From: Okamejei kenojei
Taxonomy: Eukaryota
Assembly (NCBI GenBank): GCA_035221665.1
Contig: CM069134.1
Span: 23,250,001-23,314,000 of the forward strand
Length of the DNA: 64,000 nucleotides
Direction: 5' to 3'
Part shown: one piece after another, positions 25,701 to 38,904 of the stretch
How the letters are laid out: every line of letters begins with the position of its first letter
How positions within the stretch are numbered: the stretch's first letter is position 1
The notes under the pieces: model-generated
The model's input: only the letters and a program-made list of their open reading frames with translations
Told to the model about the DNA's origin: nothing
Databases searched by the model: none
Translations under genes and position numbers: made by a program

Positions 25701-28700
25701 GGTATGAGTTAAATTAGATAGCTAGTTATGTGTTTCCTCTACCCAATTCAAGATCTATTATTTTCTCCAGAACAATAATGCAATTGTGCTCGCCTGATCT
25801 CTGCCAACTCAACAAGCCTCTAAATTAACAATTTGCATATGTTAATATAATTAAGTTCTAATTACATGAAAGTTGTACCTTTCACTTGCACTTTCCCCAG
25901 ACGCTGTTTAGCTTGAACTCCATCCAAGTTCTATACCCTAAAAGAAGGGATTTTAACTCGAAAGAAAAGAAAATCGCCCCGAGGCTTAAACGGAAGGGCC
26001 CTACACTTAATACATTAAGCCTACTAGCTTCTTATCTTTCCACTCACTCTTGCTGCTGGTGTTGTGGGTATGTGAACTGTACCAACCTGCCAGGATTTCT
26101 GACCTCCAGTCACTGCTTCAATTGTATTAGACAACGTCGCACAACGATTAACACACACTGATTATTCATTGTGAAATCATTCCAGCATTTACACTTCTAC
26201 ATGTGGACTGTATATTACACTCAAATGGTAAAATTACCTGCTACCTAAATATAAACTACCGAAAAACTAAGTAGAAATTACACAAATGATTATTTAATTA
26301 CAATCGGTTGATTATTGGAATCAAATCTGTTCATATTGTTGACAGTGATAAACAAAACTATTTCTAGTGAATCTGTATAAAATAATTCTAAAGTCACATA
26401 TTTGAAACAGCAGCGCATATGAAATAGATATAACTTTTCAAAGCAAACGAGAAAGGAATTTTAGGGAGAAAGGACAGCTTGCACGAATTAAGGAGCCTTT
26501 GTCCTTTCCCGTATGCATTTCTTTTTGCAGACTAAATTGAGCGAGCCTGCTCCACATTTTTAGGGAGGAACATTTTACACTGGCTGGAAAAAATGTTCTG
26601 CAGTGTACGAAAATTGATGCAGCTGCATCTGAACTTCATCCAGATGGTTCAAGTTCACAAAATAGTTTCACTTTTACTATTTTCTCACATTCTGATGTAA
26701 CAACTGGATTGCATGCTTCCTTTCAATTGAGTGCTTCGTATGTATATAAGATAAAGAGACAGAGGGTGCGAGAAAGAGAGAGAGGTACTTGAAATTGACA
26801 CTCATTCCTGGGTTGAGGCCTGTACATTCAATATCAGACCAACGGTAGTAAGAATAAGGCTACTCCAGTGAAACAGCAACTGCATTCCAACACCAGCGTA
26901 TGCTCACTCTCCACATTGCTATAAAGAATGCAAGCTTCTTATTCAAGTTCACTGTAGACTAAGGTACAACCACACACATGCAACATACACAAATTTGTAT
27001 GCAATAAATAAGATTTGGATTAGACTCTGCAATGTTTTGGTTAAACAATTCTCATTTTACAATTTTATTAATTATTTCTAGAACTCCAGACTGATAAATA
27101 GTGTCCTGACTCGACCGCTATTTTAACTACACTCTGCTGGCATAGCTGTGAAAGCGACATTGATCCGTTGTTAGATTTCCGCCAACATTTTAAGCTTACA
27201 AAAGTTGTTCTGTATGTTCGGAAGTATGCCTGTTCACTAAATATGCCCTAGATTTGCTCACAGTCTCGATATGCGCAAAAACAATTCAAAATCAACACCA
27301 TTGTCAAGTTGCGCCACGGTGTCCTATGTTGCCGGCTTTTACCTGTCAATAAACCATCACCATGACTTCACTTGGTGATTGAAATATGAAGACCCAGCAT
27401 CACTAATTATATTCAGGCTATTTATAGATCTGACTCAAACAATAGCGACTGGCAGATATACTGCTGATCCTTAATAAAGTTTGATGACATCACTTTCACA
27501 TCAACAGCGATTTTTTTTCGTGATAACTTATAGAAACAAAAACAAATGACAGGCAGAATATCCAAGGGAAATATTAATATTCTGAAAATATGTAATTTCA
27601 AAAAATATTTTAGCCAATCTATTGTTGCTGAACTTTGAATTTAACGTTCTTATATCAGTGGTTGTTCCATTTTTCAAATTACGTTTTATCTTGTTGTCAA
27701 GGGCATTTTTTCTTTGTGCAAACTATATGTTATATTGCCATCTGCAGGGTTTGTTATCAAATTATCAGGGAATTTGACCTGAGTGGTCACAAAATAATTT
27801 GGTTCCTACTGTTAAATGGAAAGTAGAATTATTGATTTAGAATGCTTTTTGTTATATCATTAACACAATATTTCCCTGAAACAGCCAACAATCTGAATCT
27901 GGCTTTCTCAGGCGTTAAACTTATCATGGGTCAAATGCACAACTGAGCATGTGCTGACAGGGACTACCAGTTTCCTTGGGTCACCGTCAGTGTTTCAAGC
28001 TTTGTAAAAGAAAGAGATTAAAATAAAAGGCCGCAACTACCCATACTGCACAGAAGGATTTTAAATCACTAAGCCTTTTCTAATAGGCTTGAGACTTATT
28101 GAGGTAGAAACCATAAAAAATGAAGAAGAGAAATTTAATCCCTGAAATATTGATTTGCACATTAATATCATATAGGGTGAGGGCAATTTGGCTTCATGGA
28201 AATGACACATTGTCGACCCTTGGTGAAGTCAGATCCAATCTTACTGCTGAACATGTCTGAATCTCAAGAGTTATTAAGGGCTTTCCTTCTTGCCTTTATG
28301 AGTTTTCCTCTGCCTACCAATTCCATGTTAAATGTATTATCTTTAAGAAATAATTGTAAAACCTCAGGGGTTTTTCCAGCTAATGGAAGGGAGACTAAAC
28401 CACATCAGATTCTGAAATGCAACATTAAACCCTTGCAATCAACAAAGCCACCTCAGTTCTGCATTCATCCAATGCAGGCTATAATATTGTTATTGTGGGT
28501 AATCTAATTTCACTGTGTAAGTTTTAGCTCATGGTTAAAGTGCCAAGAGAATATTATGGAATATATGAACTGATTCACCCAGCCTCTCTTATTTGATTAG
28601 CCATTTTGCAGCATAAGGTTTTCAAAAATATCAATACAAAATTAAAGAAAATTATTGCGAGAAAACAGACGTTTCTTGCACCATTTTGTAAAATGCTTGT

Positions 28701-29502
28701 AATTGAGGGATAAGGTTCTAATTTAATTGTGGATGTAACATGGCAAACGTCAATGACAGTACTGCATGATAATAATCTATACAAATCTCGTTCCTAATCA
28801 TTCCAAAATGAACAACGTTTAATAAGTTAACCTACTGTATTTGCCACTATTGTTACGAGCCTTAGATTGTATTAAGGCCATTGACTAAATAAATTTAGGA
28901 CAAAAAAACAAAGGGGATATTGTATCAACCAAAGTGTATCTATTAGTGTACAAAATTAATTAAATTTTTTATCACTTGGCATTGTCCAATTACTGAAAAA
29001 ACAATCTCATCGTCCAAGAGAAAAAAGACGCGAAACAAGAACCGATTCGCATAAAATACCTCTGTCGCTATACGTGTCCCTGTGTTCATATACATAATCC
29101 ATATGTACGTGTGTCTATATAGATGTGTATTTACAGCCACTGCAAAATCCATCGGATATTCCTTTTAGAAGTACAGAAAAGATTGCACCGCAGATCAACT
29201 CGCCCGTCTAAGCCGCACTGTATGTATTTTGATTCATTTTCCACCTTTATAGACATTAGAGGAAAAAAAGTGAAAGTGTTTATTTCTGGTGCTGACAGTT
29301 TTAGGCAATCGAGCTTTTCGTATCAAATAAAAATTGCCAACAATTCTCCGGGATCTTGGAAATTAAACGTTTCCACTCGACGCTGCTACACCATGCTCTT
29401 TGTGGACCTCTCTATTTTTAGCCTAGATTTCGAGTCGGATTTGTTTAGTTGGTGTCCACAGTTGCTGCTGGAGTGATGAAGGGGAGAGAGTGCGTTACAT
29501 AC

Positions 29503-30180
29503 CCAGCGTTTGCTCTGAGTTTAAACGATCGATCCCCGTGTCACTGTCGTGTCCCAATCGCAGAAGTCTGCCCCGAACGAAAAGGCAGGGCTACTATATA
29601 CGAGCTTCAATAATAATCAAAAAAAAGCACAGAACACAGCGGAGTTAAGGCAATGGGAGCTGAGGCGCGGATTTAGCCGGTTGGAATTCCGAATTGTGTT
29701 AGAGAAAAAGATACTTAGAGGCACACAGGGATGAGCCGACACGGATAATGTGCGATACAAACTGGGGACGAAGAGTTTAGCTCGGCTTTTGACAGAAAGA
29801 GCAGCAGCCGCCAGTGGATACAGAGGCAGAGACAGAAGGAGACACGCNNNNNNNNNNNNNNNNNNNNNNNNNNNNNNNNNNNNNNNNNNNNNNNNNNNNN
29901 NNNNNNNNNNNNNNNNNNNNNNNNNNNNNNNNNNNNNNNNNNNNNNNNNNNNNNNNNNNNNNNNNNNNNNNNNNNNNNAGGGGAGCGTGTCTGCCTTCAA
30001 GCTCTTCATCATCACCCCGAGAGCACCAGCCTGCAATAAACAGCCACAACCTGCTGCGGCTGCCTTCCGACCCAGGCTGAACGAGTTCAATTCGCCCGAG
30101 CTCCGTGCTCCAGCAGCCGCCCAGCAGCCACCCACTGCCATACTGCCAGGTAACAACAAAAAAAACAAAAACAAAGAGAA
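29503..30180 (-). other. ZFHX4: Probable non-coding exon 1 of ZFHX4 (5' end uncertain, spans an assembly gap)
   Basis: Candidate donor TGG|GTATGT (GT at 29502-29501) inside the GC/CpG-rich domain, ~18.8 kb upstream of exon 2. Exon 2 starts with an acceptor, so an upstream exon must exist. TTTAAATA near 30190 on the minus strand. No transcript evidence. Confidence 0.5.
29848..29978. other. Assembly gap (N run)
   Basis: Run of n, flanked by GA-rich sequence. Confidence 1.
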
Positions 30181-30670
30181 CTAACTGCTATTTAAAGTAG
30201 GGCACGGTCCTCCGGAAAAAGAGTGCTTTCTTTTTTGTTTAAGAGCGAATGGTTATTTGACTAAAGACTGGCCCGTGGATTAAAAAAAAATGCAACATTT
30301 CCTTTGTACAAATGATATGGGCTTTGTTAGTAATAGAATTAAGTCTGTGTTTGTTCTAACTGCTACTGTTATATCGGCTCTTTTTGTTCGGAAAAGACGG
30401 CAGGAATAAAGTGAACAGTTCGGCGATGGAGGACATAAAATTGCGAGTCTCGGACAGCCTCGCCACCTTTTTTTCCCCCCGTCTGTCTCTCTCGGACCAG
30501 AAACTGCTTCTCAGCGCCCCCGAAAGAATGAGCAAGTTCTGTCTGGAAATAGTTTCACAGGGAGGCAAGGCAAGTTGACAGCCCGGTCTGTCTCTGATGT
30601 ATATCTACACGTCCCTAAAGTCACACGAACGTACTTATGTAAACACCAGGTACACCCGTTCTCTCCGGAG

Positions 30671-30787
30671 CGAGAGAGAGAGGGAGAGAGAGAGAGAGAA
30701 ATCCTATTTAAATCGCGTTTATATAAACCATTTTGTTATGTTTGGCTAGGGAGAGAGAGACGGAGAGAGAGAGAGAAAGAGAGAGAA
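30671..30787. repeat. Two (GA)n tracts in the promoter region
   Basis: gagagagagagggagagagagagagagaaa and gagagagacggagagagagagagaaagagagaga. Confidence 0.9.
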
Positions 30788-31299
30788 ATATCCAGCCAAG
30801 TCTGCAATGATAAGAGTGCGAATCGATAACGCGGCTCCTTGCTTTTGCGACATAATACTGGCTTACCGCTGAATAAAGTGCAACTTACTATTTCCCCCTC
30901 GCAGCCTCTTCTTCTTCTTTATTTTTTGTATAATGACATTAATTATTGTCACATCCACTGGCCCCGGTTGCTTTTGCAATTAAACACAAAAAAAAAAAGG
31001 ATCCCAGGCCAGAAGAAAGTGGGTCCTTTGGGCCGGCCCGGGTGAGCACTCTCGCCGGCGCTGCGACCGCAAACGGAAAAGGGAAACTGGAAATGAAAAT
31101 CCGATATATCTTTATTCTGCTAATTATTTTGCCCTGTAAAAAATGGCTGATTAAGTTGAGTGCGCATGTGTCTTCATTACCGATGCACGACGGGAAGGTG
31201 TAATTAGCGAGGTGATCAACATTCAAAAGATTGGACTTGACGCTTTGAAGTTGAAGCCGCGGTGGGCGAGAATGGAAAAGTCATCAACCTGACCCACGG

Positions 31300-31420
31300 C
31301 ACACACTCAGACACACACGGAGCCACGGGGAGAGAGGGAGAGAGGGGGGGTGAGAGTGGAGGGAGGGAGGGAGATGTCAGACACAGACACACACACAGAC
31401 ACACACACACACACACATAA
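31300..31420. repeat. (CA)n / GA-rich simple repeats
   Basis: Visible. Confidence 0.85.
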
Positions 31421-34400
31421 GCACAGACGCAGGACATAACACAGCCCCCGGTCCCGCATCAGGACAAAGACAAACCCACACACAGGGGTTTAACAATCGC
31501 CCTGTGATTTAACACTGGCGGGAGTAAAGGGGAAGGGAGGGAGGGGGCGGTGGGGGGCGAGTGAAGTGTGTTTGTGGTTGGTGGGGTGGAGAGGGGGGGG
31601 GGCACAATTAGAGCAGCCGTGTGATTAATACTTTCTCAGACACACAAGCAGCAGATCCATTCTCACAAACTCAGGTTCACTTCAACGAAACAAAAACAAA
31701 AAGTCACATTATATACAAAGGTCTCCACACCGGGGGGATCCTAACGAAACACCGGGGTCGCCTTCTTTTTGGAAGGAAATCTGTCTGCATGTGCCTGCAG
31801 CCGCTGTGCAAATAAAATTATAAGCATTTTGAGAGCTAGAAGTAGGGGAAGTGCTAAAAATAATCGATATACAAAAAAAAAAGTCAGAGTTTCTTGCTTG
31901 AAAACGGGAGTTTGTTTTTATTAAAGGAAGAGCATTAAAAAAAATTAAAAATGCTACTTCCATAATTTCTCGGAAAAAAATATACAGAAAGAAAATCGAA
32001 ACGGCGATCAGTAAAAAAAAGACAAACTCTTATATTTATTAATAAATATAATTATTCTATGTAATTACGATTTTTAAATAAAAATGACCAGTACCAGTCA
32101 CACTCAAGAACTGAATAAGGTTAAAAAAAAATCAAAAACCCAGCTCGTCGCTTCCTTACTAATCGCTTATTTTCAGCGGAACACTACCTGTATTGATTGC
32201 GTTGATATCTGATCTACTGACGTGACTTTGCAACAGCAATCTAAATAACAATTTTCCTCTATTTTAATGTTTGTGTCTATATCCCTGATTGTATTTAAAC
32301 TGAAATAACGCGTGGTTGTCGCGGGGGCTGATTTTGTTTGAGATAGTTCTCAACAGCTGGCAAACCCTACCTCTAATGCTGCTCTCTTCTGTCCCTCACC
32401 CTTAATAGTCGCTATCGAATAAGACACTAAGGATGTTAATCGTTATGAGAAAATCAGGAGATCACCACTTATCTGGGGGAAAATCGAAGGCACTTTATTC
32501 AGAGCTGGGCTAGAGGATATGATAAGACTGGGCGAGATGGAGCTGAACTGTAACAGCACATGTTTCTCTCTGTTCCTTTCTTTCGCATGCTATTCCTCCC
32601 CCTTTCTGTTCCATGTTGCTGTGCATTGAGAGGTCTCTATCGGGGTCTCTGTGTACGGTGGCCGCCAGTAGCCCTCAATTCGCCTCTTGATCTCTCCCCT
32701 TGTCTATCACATCGTCTCTCTCTCTCTCTGGGACTCTGATCGCTCAACATCAACCCATCACTGCTTAAATGTTAGGGACCCGTGCTCGAGACACCTCGAT
32801 AACCCTCACACCCCCTCGGGGGCTATTTGCCAAAGGCGCTGTGTTAAGTATTTTTTTTTTAAAGACAAAACCTCAGTACCTTATACGAAAGCCGAAAAGA
32901 AGTCACGCATAATAGATCCGCAATGGCCAACGCACAAAACGACGTTATCCTATACTCAATAGATAAAGCAAAGAATTCCGTGCTAAGAGAAACGATTTCA
33001 CATATCAACAATAAAGGTATATCGATCGGCTTGAAGTTCCAACACTCTCCAAGTTACGGTTCAACCTGCTACACTTTGTTGATTCTAAAAAAAGTAGCAA
33101 AACGCCCCACAAGCGCTAAAACTTTTCCAATAATATACATTTTTGCCATAATTTTGACCATAACATCGCCGCGTATCTTAAATTAATTTAAATCTAAATA
33201 AATCTCATGGTTAAAACGCACTTCTTAAATGTCTCACCCTCGTTCCACGATCCAATCTACTAACTCCGTTTGAATGAACGCATTCTTATAACATTGTTTT
33301 CTAAATATAAAGTGTTTTACAAACTGATCAGGATTATTTTTAGATACATTTTTAACGTATAAAAAATAGTTCGTGCATTACCTGTGTTTCATCTCGCGCT
33401 CTATCAATCCTTTATTCTTTTTGGTCTTTGTAATTTGATTTTAGGGATTTATTTTGTACACAATGTAGCAGATCTTTTTTTCTCTCTCTCTGTTGAAGGG
33501 AAATGTATACGATGAACACGCCTGGCGCCCTCTGGGGCTTAAAAGGTCATCACTTTGACAGCATTCTGACCATCATCTCCTCCCGGGTTCGGCCCATTGT
33601 TTATAAACACAGAAATATATACACCGTTTCCTATTACTTAACAGCAGAAATTTCACTTTCTATCCTTGATAATTCCAGCACCCAATGCAAAAGAAGTGCG
33701 AAATGAATAGAATACAACGTTACGTTTTCAGACCACAAATTGTTCAACTTTTGAAGGAAACAAAAAAAACCCCACATATCTTAAGATTGTTTTACCTCAG
33801 GAATTTTATCGATCCTTTCTTTCTTGAACACCGTCATTGAAAACGAACTAAAAAACGTTTGCAAAAACCCACGGATTTAAAAGGCTGACATGCCCAAAGT
33901 GTCCAGCGCTGCAGGCCCAGTAGAAAAATGTGATAAATAAATTCGGTACTGAGTGCTGCCTCTCTGAATGCGGAGTTATCTGACTTTAATTTAATATTCC
34001 GCAATCATATTTTATAACGCAAATAATTCACGCCTGTATTTCCCGCGATTCTGCATGGAACCCAAGGTTTGTGTTTAACTGCGCCTAATTCATAGCAGAC
34101 ATATATATTAGTGCATTGATCATTCTGTATTTAATATTACTGTATATTTTTTGTTAATATCTGTAAAAACCTTGAAAGCATTTATAGCCATACCTTCAGA
34201 TTTCCTGAGATTTCGAAAGAAAACAAATTAAATCCTCAGACCAGCAAATCGTTAAATAATCTTTAATCGAGTAATATAGACTAGACGCAGCCTATGTAAA
34301 ACACTACCGTTATCCAATTGATCTGGTTTGGGATCGATTCGATAAACGGAAATCTATCAAAGCGTTTAAATGTGACATATCATTTACAACTAAACATTTC

Positions 34401-35249
34401 CTCCCACAACGAAAAAAGGGTTATTTCATGTGTAAAAGAAACAAATACAATACTTCACTTAGTCCATTGGATCAAAGGTGTATAATTAACTTGCATTCAT
34501 TACAAACTTCACAAGTACGGCATTCATTTGCGATCTTGTCTTAATTAATGATGCCTATTTAAATATTTCATACACCAACATTTTAAACGTTCGATTGTGC
34601 ATTTGTGTCATCCTTAAAACGCTACAAAATTAAATATAAATAAATTACCATTTTCGCATTATTTGCGCAAACAATGTACAATGCATTCTATTCGTTTGCG
34701 CGCTTTTGTAATATGATCTACAACCGAATAATAACCTCTGATATTTACAGCAGATTTTAATTCGTATAGCGGTCTAAATTATTTTGGTGTCTCTTAAGAA
34801 CAAAAAAACTGTTGCCACGATATTTTAGCACCTTGTTTGTTTAATACCACGACGCTCGCTAAATATCTTTGAACAATGTTCTGTGATGAAATGGAAACAC
34901 ATTTCAGATTTATATTTGCTTTGCAGGATCAAGCTAATCGCTGCTTTGGCCATGTCTGTGTCAGGCTCACACACTATTGTTTCAGGTCTCCATTTTTTTC
35001 TTCAAAAAATCCCACTAAATGGCGACTATCAAATTCTGACAATGTAAATTCGAACTGTTGCTGTACAATCGTTATTTTTATTTGTTAAAGAAAATCGATG
35101 AAATTGCCTCTAAAGTACTTAGTGAGGCGTGTTTGTACCGACTAGGGGAGAATACTAAATACAGTGGTTGGTCGATGAAAATTGAGTGGTTAGGAAATGT
35201 TTAAGTACACGCTCCTTAACGCTTGACTTGGTGACTGAAATGCTGCCGC

Positions 35250-36500
35250 TCTGATCTTTCTCACTCTCGCCTTTCCCTTTTTCTCAATCTTTTGTGTGCA
35301 CCGTTTTTAACCAGCAGCCTCCCTTTTTGTCCACCTCCTCCCTTCTTTCATTCTGACACTCTTTCATATTCTTCTTCCTTCTCCGGACTCTTATTTCATT
35401 CGCTTTCCGCCAGCATTCTTTCACCTTTTTATTTATTTTTTATTATTATTCAGTTTAAATTTCCCCTCCTCTTATCAACGGGTTTTATTTCCTACTTACC
35501 TGTTAATCACATCCTACCTCAGTGTTGGCTTGTCTCATATTTCTATGTGATTTTATTTATTTTATCTTCCGTCTACTTATCATAATTTTCATTTTCCCCA
35601 GTGTAGATCATAACAACCTTAGAACTTCCTCGACCCCGTCACACGATTCTGTCACTTTCCTTTGATGTTTCTCTCATCCCTCAGCATCCTCGTTCTCCAA
35701 CTCCAATTTTTAAAATTTCACACTTTTTTTGTTGCTATTCTTTTTCCTCTTTCTCCAGATCCTTTCTCCACCTGGTGTATACATTTCCTCGTTTTCTTTT
35801 GCTAATGTTGAGTTCCTTTCCCATCTCACTCCCTGCATGATTTACCCTTTCTCCTCCTTATATGAACACTTTGCCTCTCAGGTTTGCATTTAGTTTATTT
35901 CCTGATTGTCTCTCCCTGTTATTTCTCCGCACTGATCTCCCCTTCCCCATTGACATTCTCTTCGTTCTTTTTTCTATCCACATTCTGTACCTTTTCTCAT
36001 TGTCCCTATTTTATCGCTTTACTTCTTTCCACATGTCCTCTTTTTTTATATTCTGCATTATCATAAGCTTTTCCAACATACTGATTATTTGTACAATTTC
36101 TCTATCACTCCATTTATAATTCCGGACTTTCTACTTTCATATCCTTATCTTCTTTGTCATTCTCCCTCTCGCACTCCCACCTCTCTCTCACACAACACAC
36201 ACACATTTTCTCTTTCTTATATATCTTTTTCATTTTCCCATTTTCTCTGTTTATTATATAATTACCTTTCTATTTTCTCCGTTTTATGTTTGTTCTGAGC
36301 TTCTCACTGCATTTACCTTATTCTATTTTGTTTTTCTTCATAAATGTTACCCATCCCTATATATTCTCACTTCTCTTTCATCTTAAAGTAAATTGGCAAT
36401 TTTATTTTCCTTTCTCTTTGTTATCATTTTCTTTGAACATTTATTCATGCTCCCTCTGCATTTCTCCCTTCATTTCCTACATGTTTTTTTCATTCCTTTA
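35250..36500 (+). repeat. ~1.25-kb pyrimidine-rich, G-poor low-complexity tract
   Basis: Plus strand dominated by T/C with very few G. Confidence 0.85.
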
Positions 36501-38603
36501 GGCATCGCTCAGAATCATATGCTGCCCTTGACTTAGTTTCACTCTCTCTCTTATAATAATGCGCTCTGGACCCATATTGTCACCATTCCCCCATCATAGG
36601 AGAGACTGCCCCTTCCTGCACAAGCTCATCTCTCAGGCCACCCATCACTAATTGCCTTGATTGTTCCCCTGGCACCAACAACTGACCTATGTTTCACTGG
36701 TTGATGCCAAGGGAACCATCAAGGCAAGACTTCAAGACTGAACAAAGACTGCAAATCCAGCCAGCAACTTGCTGCAACTGCAAAACACAAATTGAAACCA
36801 AAGCCACAGTGTTCTTGTGTTTTCAAGAAAATACAGGAACTTAAAATCAGTGTTACACTTGAACCTTAGACTGTTACTTGCGTTGTAAATATTAGTCATT
36901 GTATACAATCTCGATTGAAGCTCTGCTCCAGAGCAATGAATAATATTAAAGCGATTTCAATAGTCACTTCAAGAATCAAATTTGTATCTATTACTATATT
37001 TACCACTCTTTAGACTTGAACACATGGTAAGGTTGCTTTTTATTCTTTACGATTACCCTGAGAGAATGACGTGCGCTGCAAGTAGGCACCTGTCCCGTGT
37101 AGTAAAGGTACTCTCATAATGCTGTTAGATAAGGAGACCCTGGTTTTGGAATTGGTCAAAATGAACAAACAGTGAAACACTAAGTTTCAGTGATGTATAA
37201 TTTTGAGGTAAACTTTAAGGGGTGTATCACCACATAGCTGTCACTTTTGCTTTTTTTAAGTAATGGAGGAAACAGGTTTGGGAAGTACTGTTGAGTTATT
37301 GCAGTTCAATCTCAAGAGAGTACATATTGTAGCCCAAGGTGGAAGTATACATTTATGGATGAGTTGCTGCTCTTGTGGATTACTTTAACCTAGATATCAG
37401 TGAAGTACTGGAGTATTGTTGCTGCTGCAGCCATCTGGACAAATCATTACACCCCTGATGGGCATTCTAGAGGTTGGTAGCCATTGGGAATCAAAAAGCA
37501 TGCCACTTACTGCAAAACACGCAACATCGGAACTGTCCATTAGTCACGGCATTTGTTTAGTTATTCTAGTTGAATTTCTAGTTCATGGTCATCCCCAGAA
37601 AGTTGCTGGCAAAGGTTCCACTTTTGAATGTCTGGGCTTTATGAGAAGGCTTCCTCCTACTTGATGCTGTTATTTTCATGCCTTGTGCTTCATCACTTAG
37701 TCTGCCACCTAACAATCCAGCCTTTGCCCTTTGCCAATGCAAAATTGGCTAACAGAAATCATTAAAAAAATGAATTCCAATCACAAAACCAGAAACCCCC
37801 AGAAACATATTGTGCACAATTTATATTGGGCATAAAATATTTTATCATATATTTTTTCACATATTTTGTATTTTGTTTTATATATAATGTCAAATGTGAT
37901 TTAATAACAAAAAGGAAATAACACATCTCGTTAGAGAAACATCAAGTAATGAAATGACATCTACCGTTTGTCTCTCCAAAGATGCTGCATGATCTACTCA
38001 GTATTCCAGCATTTACTCTCTTCAGTTTATATTATGGTAGGGAGTTTTCAATTGTATAAAGTTTTAGACCATCATTGTTTAAAACATTAACCATTTAATG
38101 CATGTGGTTAATCAAGAATGCAGTTGTGAGTAATCCATTAGAATCTTCATTTGGTTGTATGATTCTAAATCATTTTATATATACAAACTGTTCAATAACA
38201 TTTTTGTTGTGTTGATTATAGATTAGAAAGAATAAAAGTTCAGCAAGTGTGTGCTTTTGGTGAGAATGAAGCTGGCTAAATAACTCACCATTATTGGACA
38301 AATAATAACTTATAGTCATGCTTGTTATTAATCAAAGTTTTGCTGAAAAAAATAATTCTACTTATAAAATTCATATTAAGAGTTACTTTAAAATACATTT
38401 CCAAAAGAGCATGAGTTCAGAAATATGAAACACTTGTTCACAGAAGATGCGTGATTAAAAAACTAAAATAATCACTTTACATTTCTATTTCTTGAATAAA
38501 TATAGCTACAGGGCCAATATCAGTAGCCAAATACATTCAAAGTTTATCTTATAACAGAACACAGAGAAGAGGAACAAACAGATCACTTTCAGTTTGGACC
38601 AAA

Positions 38604-38850
38604 GATAGACACAAATTACTGCAGTAAATCAACGGGACAGGCAGCATCTCTGGAGAGAAGGAATGGGTGAGGTTTTGTGACGAGACCCTTCTTTAGACTG
38701 ATCTCCCTCCACCCTGAAGACAGTCTGAAGAGAGGTCTCGACCCAAAATGTCACATTCCTTCTCTCCAGAGATGCTGCCTGCCCCGCTGAGTTACTCCAG
38801 CATTTTGTGTCTATCATTGGTTTAAACCAGCATCTGCGGTTCCTTTATAC
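38604..38850. mobile_element. Palindromic dimer of Penelope pLTR/hammerhead units
   Basis: Minus unit 38604-38701, ~19-bp spacer, plus unit 38721-38850; the arms are imperfect reverse complements. Confidence 0.85.
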
Positions 38851-38904
38851 ACACTCCGTTTGGAGACAGAATTGATAGGTTCTAGAGGGATTGTTGTTGG
38901 GGTT

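Larger units (their letters stand above)
29000..33000. promoter_or_regulatory. CpG-rich promoter domain of ZFHX4
   Basis: Visibly high CpG density, GC-rich patches, (GA)n/(CA)n tracts and G-runs, no TEs; positioned at the 5' end of the gene. Confidence 0.75.

Noticed and set aside
29617-30184. ORFs of 88-185 aa in the promoter region
   Set aside because: They read through an N gap in GC-rich sequence and have no recognisable domain.
35292-36501. Hydrophobic F/L/S-rich ORFs
   Set aside because: Artefact of the T/C-rich tract.
37000-37750. Probable very old LINE remnant (similar bits at 46480-46610, 47850-48900, 51318-51365, 63250-63340)
   Set aside because: Too decayed to classify or delimit by eye.
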